64,000 nt of DNA, taken from the NCBI RefSeq assembly GCF_902713615.1, contig NC_052158.1, positions 39,609,729 to 39,673,728 of the forward strand, given 5' to 3'. A program made the position numbers and the translations under genes. Below the pieces are notes generated by a model. It was not told the origin of the DNA and ran no database searches. It saw only the letters and a program-made list of their open reading frames with translations. Positions 58,433-64,000 of the stretch are shown piece by piece (the first letter of the stretch is position 1; each line of letters starts with the position of its first letter). The stretch comes from Scyliorhinus canicula. Taxonomy: Eukaryota.

Positions 58433-60477
58433 CGCCCAAAACATTAACCTCACCAGGACCATCCCTCCTTCCCCCATCCACGCAAAAGGATGAAGAGGAT
58501 TTCGACACGCTCCTGGAATCACCCGACATCAGGCCGGCACCGACGTCGCCAGCATCGACATCACCGCCACCGCTATGTGGCTCCCAGTGGAACGTCAAGG
58601 CGCCAGACCGGTTGAACCTCTAACTAGCACCGGATTTTCACAAGACTTTTTTTTACCTCCCTCTTTTTTTTTCTTCGAATAAAACACTGTATATTATTTT
58701 CACTACTGTATATAGTTCTACACCACCCCCGCCGGACTCATTTTTAACAGTGGGTAAATGTGGTAAACTACTTTTGTACCTGTATTAGGTGATGTAAGGT
58801 AGGAACTGTACTACAGGTTCACCGGTAGCCCATGCATGCTAGCTCGGCCCAGGAAGAGGAATATAAATATGTGTGTCCTCTATTCAACTGCTATTTTGCC
58901 AGCTGCAGTAGGAGGCCACGCATCTTACTGCAATAAAGCCACAGTTGTACCCAATCTGAGTCTTTGTACAATTGATAGGGCATCAGAGACATTAAGTTCC
59001 TAGCACAAAGCTGTAATTTTACTGCTTTAAGAGACTCAATGATAAGGGATCAGTTAGTGCTGGACTATGTGATTAACGTTTAAGTGAATCATTATTAAAA
59101 CAGAAAGATTTAAAGCTGGAAAAGTGATTCACAAGTGTTTAACTCACGAACAAAGTAAAGAACAGCATAATGACTTTTATTACTGTGAAAAGATACAAAG
59201 CGTCCACCAAGAGGTCGAGTCAGTTAAAATGGTGTCTCCGCATTTGAAACAGCTTCCTTATTGCGGCAGCTCCCATTCAAACTAGTACGCACATGTGCAC
59301 ATCCACAAAAGGGGCAAACCGGCAAAATTCCGTTCTGCGCATGCGCAAGAAGCTGCGCATGCGCAGTTGAAAAGCGCACTCTGGTTGAAGATCAATTTGC
59401 ACATGCCCAAGAAGCTGTGCATGCGCCAATGCAAAAGATCGCACACCGTCCGAGGATCAATTTACACATGCAAAATCAATTATTACGCATGATGTCACAA
59501 GCGTCATGATGTCAGAAGACTTAGACCATGCCTACTTAAAGGGAAACTTCCCGAAAATTCAAAATAACAGTCTTAAAGGTTCAAAACCCAACTTTTTAAC
59601 CTCAAAAGGCACAACATTGCCTGAATTTCAACCAGCAGTTGGAAATAACTTTCACAGCACCCTGGAACAAGCAATTTGCAACATCCAAAGTGAAGAGTAC
59701 ATTAACAAATCCAAAACTAAGAAGATGACTTGTCAATTAAAAGTGAAAAGAACATTAACAAATCTATAACTAAAGAAAATGATTTGTAAATTAAAAGTGA
59801 AGAGCACGATAACAAATCCGAAACCAAAGAAGATGATTTGTTTATTGAAGAGTACTACTCAGACATGGCTGTTATTCGGATATGATGATCATAGCATCAG
59901 CAACATGGTTGAAAAGCTCAATACGACTCTACTCATGGGAGATGAATCCAATACCATGATGCAATAGCAGATCGTTGATACATTGGATGACAGCAACCTG
60001 TCAAATAGCCAAGTAGAAAATGATGCCACACAGAAATTACTGACCAACTTCGTTGAGAGAGCGTTGATAGTCTCCATGAAGAGAACACTGCACGACTCCA
60101 CACAGAGAGCGATGAAGGACTCCACAGAGAGAGCAACACAAGCCTCCACAGAGAACTCATTGACAGACTCCAGAATGGAAGCAACTAAAGACTCCAGAGT
60201 GACAACAATGCATGAAGAAGACTATGAAGGTCTATCCATCTTATCTGAGCAACCAAATGCAGATTATGAAAGTCTACTCAGCTCATTTGAACAATAAAAA
60301 GATGACTATGAAGGTCTAGCTACCTTATTTGATGAACAACAAGAAGACAGTGAATATCTAACCACTGTATGTAAGAATAGTGACACAGTTGTCACAATCA
60401 GCATACAAAATGTGCAAGATCAGAACACGACTGACAGATCTCAGCTCGTCTGTACAAAAGGACTTGGCAATCAAAGT

Positions 60478-60843
60478 GGGCAGCATTGTAGCACATTGGT
60501 TAGAACTGTGGCTTCACAGCTCCAGGGTCCCAGGTTTGATTCTCCGCTGGGTCACTGTCTGTGGGGAGTCTGCACGTTCTCCCCGTGTCTGCGTGGGTTT
60601 CCTCCGGGTGCTCCGGTTGCCTCCCACAGTCCAATGACGTGCAGGTTAGGTGGATTGACCATGATAAATTGCCCATAGTGTCCACAAAGGTTAGGCGGGG
60701 TTACTGCATAACTGGGTTGTGGGGTTACGGGGGTAGGGTGGAAGTGAGGGCTTAAGTGGGGTCGTCAGTCCAAGGGTTGGTGCAGACTCGATGGGCCAAA
60801 TGGCCTCCTTCTGCACTGTAAATTCTATGTTAAAGTCTATGTT
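60478..60843 (+). mobile_element. HE1-type SINE
   Basis: GGGCAGCATTGTAGCACATTGGTTAG head, family core and CTGCACTGTAAATTCTATG tail. Confidence 0.88.
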
Positions 60844-61123
60844 AAAATAAAATTACACATGAGTCCTGTGAGACCACGTCAATTAAAAAGTCATCTAATC
60901 TTGACAATCTACAAGAAACTGAAATCTAGAAGATGTTGACTCCAGAAGAGGAGCACCAAGAGATCACAGATGAAGCAGATTAACCAGAAATGGCTCCAGA
61001 AGAGGAACACCGAGAGATCAAAGAGGGATCAAATCAACCAGAAATGACTGATGTCACCAAGATCAATGCAACATCAGATTTTTAAAAATAAATCTCAAGT
61101 TGAAAAGCTCAATGAAACATCAG

Positions 61124-61730
61124 GGGTGGGATAATCCAGTATCCGGCGGGCGGGCCGTATCGGGGCCAAAGAACCATTCCGGCATCGAGCCGCCCGGAAA
61201 GTGCGGAAACCTCCGGCTAGGCTGGTGCTGAGTGATTGGCGCCGCACCAAATGGCACCGAATGGGCCTAGTTGCCGCATGCGCAGGAGCGCCAGCGTATT
61301 CCCAGAACTGCTGCCGTGATTCCTGCACATGCGCAGAGGGTTTATTTTCCGTGCTAGCCATGGCAGAGCTTTGCAGCGACCGGCACAGAGGGAAAGAGTG
61401 CCCCCACGCACAGGCCATCCCGCAGATCGGTGGGCCACGATCGTGGCCACCGTGCCCCCCCCCCCTCCCTCAGGGGCCAGATCCCCCCACGCTTCCATGT
61501 GGACTCTGCAGGCCGACCACAGAGCCAGGTCCCGCCGATAAGAACCTTGTGTAATTCACGCCGGCGAGTCTGGCCTAAAAGTGGCGGCCGCTCAGCCCAT
61601 CGCGGAGCGGAGAATCGGGCCAAAACACCGGCACCGGAGATTTCGGCAGCCGGTGGCGGGGCGGCGGGGCGGAATTCACGCCGTGCCCCGGTGATTCTCC
61701 GGCCCGGCGGAGGGTCGGAGAATCACGCCC
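61124..61730. mobile_element. GC-rich MITE with 14-bp TIRs and 3-bp CAG TSD (PIF/Harbinger-like)
   Basis: CAG|GGGTGGGATAATCC ... GGAGAATCACGCCC|CAG. Confidence 0.75.
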
Positions 61731-62829
61731 CAGATACTACAAAGGACACTGATACCAATAACTGTAATGACTCAAATTACCCACAAGGAACAGTCATTGA
61801 GCACAACAAACAACAACAAGAACAACAATGAAAACAACAATAAAGACAACAACAAAAACAACAATAAAGACACCAACAAAAACAACAACAATGAAACACC
61901 AACGTGTACAACATGGTACAACTCTGCACATGAAGGATAATGCAACAGCACAGTCCAAAACAATGGCAAGAGCACAAACATCACATGGCATGACAACAAA
62001 TCTCACAAATTTATATTTGTTGCAAAACAAGCAAGCAAACCAGTTTTCAAGGCAGATGATATACAGATTTGATACCGCAAGCACAGAAAAATGGCCAGGT
62101 CAGACAACCATTCAAATACCTCATCATGACTTGTTGGCACTTAAACACAAGAACACTGACGACGCACACAAAAACATTAAAACATAAACATCACCACTTC
62201 AACAGTTAAGAAGATCCAACAGAAGAAGAAAGAAACTCAACCGAATAAATGTATAAAGTTTGGACTCATAAAATTTATTACAAAGATTGGACTCATAAAT
62301 ATTAATTGGCTTTGTATAATTATCAGTATCGTCACAACTTGTACAAATATACATATCATCATTTACCTACCTGTTTTGTGCAATTTTCTTTAAAACAGTA
62401 CAGAAAATATTTAAAAGAAAAAAGGGGGGATGTAGTGATCTGCATATCTGTATGTATACAAGGGGCTAATGTATAGACATAACACCTAAGTAATCACTGG
62501 AAGGCAGCACTAGAGACAGGTATAACTCAAGCCAAGATCCGCCTCTTCGCAAGGACAGGGACTACTGACCACAGGCAGACAAAGACAGCTCAGCGCAGGT
62601 GTAGTAATCATAAGTATTTCTTAATCAATCATGTTCATGTAACATCTAGTTTAAGCATTGGAGAGAGAACAAACTCACAGTTAATTTGTCAACGTTACTC
62701 AATAAAGTATTTGCTCTAAATGGAAGACGACGAGTGTCAATCAACATTGAGTTAAAGATAATTCTGGAAGAAGCAAGTGAGTAACTTATATTGCACAAAG
62801 CAATAGAACAATACTATCAGAAATAGGAA

Positions 62830-63715
62830 ATGACCGGGAATCAAACTCTCGAAGGAGGAAACAACTTTATAGACTGGGGAAAACATGAAAACAAAAACTT
62901 TCTCCAGATTCCATTTTACTGTCTGACTTAAACTTTGATCATTTCCTGAATGCTGAACCAAAGGATGGCTGATTGGTTAATCTCAGAAAAACAACCAATT
63001 AAAGAGATAAACAGTCGGCCTGTCACTAGTTACCAGGAAGATCAAACTCAGGCAACTTGAAAAACACAAGATCGCAAGATACTGCGAGTGTGGTGAACTC
63101 AGCCCAACCCATCACACAAGCTTGCCTCCCCCACATTGATTCTGTCTACACCTCCCGCTGCCTCAGGAAGGCAGACAGCATTATCAGGGACCCCACACAC
63201 ATAGGCATTGCCTTCTTCCAGACCCTTCCATCAGGCAGAAGGTACAGAAGTCTGAAGACTCACACATCCAGACATAGGAACAGCTTCTTCCCCACAGCTA
63301 CAAGACTCCTCAACTACTCCCCCTCGGACTGACCTGTTCCCTGTAAGAACACTATTCACGATGCCGTACGCTGTTCTTGCTCATGTATTTGCTTTGTTTG
63401 GCCCCTTGTTCTGCACTGTAACCAATCACTGTTTGTCCATGTACCATTTGTCAATGTTCTCTGTTGATTATTCTTTTGTCTACTATATACATACTGTGTA
63501 CATTCCCTCGGCCACAGAAAAATACTTTTCACTGTACTTCGGTACATGTGAAAATAAATCAAATTAATCAATCAATCAACTAATCTCTGCACAGCACCTT
63601 TCACAAACTGAAACCTCCCCAAGGGCAGTATTTATAAAACAAAGATTGATCCTGAGAGACACACACAGGCCAATGGCCAATATCTCACAGTGGTAGATTT
63701 TCAGGAGTGTCTTAC
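62830..63715 (-). promoter_or_regulatory. MHC promoter copy 3 without leader exon, interrupted by a LINE fragment
   Basis: TATAAA 62871-62866, Y box 62999-62995, X2 63026-63020, X1 63038-63027. 63577-63712 aligns with 51121-51251. Confidence 0.8.
63070..63577 (+). mobile_element. Rex1/Babar-like LINE 3' fragment
   Basis: ORF 63057-63332 ...IIRDPTH...LPSGRRYRSLKTHTSRHRNSFFPTATRLLN, followed by AATAAA and a (CAAT)n tail. Confidence 0.75.
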
Positions 63716-64000
63716 AGAGAGGCTGCAGTGAGGTGGAGGGAGAGAATTGTAGAGTGAAGGACTGAGGCTGCTGAAGACACAGCCCCCGGTGTGGGCCGAT
63801 TATAATCCCAGATCCCCGAGATATCAGTATTAGAGGATCGCAGGGATCGCACAGAGTTAGTGGAGGAGGAGGTTACAGAAACAGGAACGGGGAAAGATAT
63901 GGAGGGTTTACAATTTCTTGAACAAGTATTTTTATTGAAGTTTTTCATTTTAACAAATAACCCAACAAAACCACAGGAAAGGTACAGCTCAGCAAATCTA

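Larger units (their letters stand above)
52831..58985 (+). mobile_element. Gypsy LTR retrotransposon B, same family as A, decayed
   Basis: LTRs at 52831-53057 and 58759-58985, degenerate TSD CAGAT/GAGAC. Gag from 53085, protease LLDSGGTESF, RT 54573-55706, RH/IN to about 56790. Confidence 0.95.
51252..62826 (+). mobile_element. Gypsy-type LTR element C (gag remnants, no recognisable RT), host to nested insertions
   Basis: LTRs at 51252-about 52355 (split by a MITE) and 62431-62826. PPT AAAAGAAAAAAGGGGGGA precedes 62431. Gag TGNLNSNWKL...RKIALLLSMAG...ERFRF...FVTD continues after 58985 as IKFLAQSCNF..LRDSMIRDQLV. Confidence 0.85.

Overview
Vertebrate genomic DNA, almost certainly from a cartilaginous fish (shark), judged from HE1-type tRNA SINEs, CR1/L1/Tx1/Rex1 LINE remnants and a shark-type MHC exon layout. 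The only host gene found is a complete six-exon MHC class I heavy-chain gene on the minus strand: complement(join 47116-47167, 45814-46074, 31816-32091, 31421-31699, 26451-26570, 24474-24517), 1032 nt, 343 aa, all introns phase 1 GT-AG. It is non-classical: alpha1 lacks Y7, Y59 and R/Y84, and alpha2 lacks both cysteines of the canonical C101-C164 disulfide while keeping T143/K146/W147/Y159/Y171. Intron 2 is almost entirely a 13.6-kb 35-bp satellite that spans an assembly gap. The X1-X2-Y/CCAAT/TATA promoter occurs three times and the leader exon twice. The rest is decayed transposable elements and minisatellites, including two copies of a short-LTR Gypsy element whose primer-binding site is not tRNA-like but is a 16-nt perfect complement of its own LTR, with a compensatory change between the two copies. 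Most long ORFs in the track are repeat artefacts.
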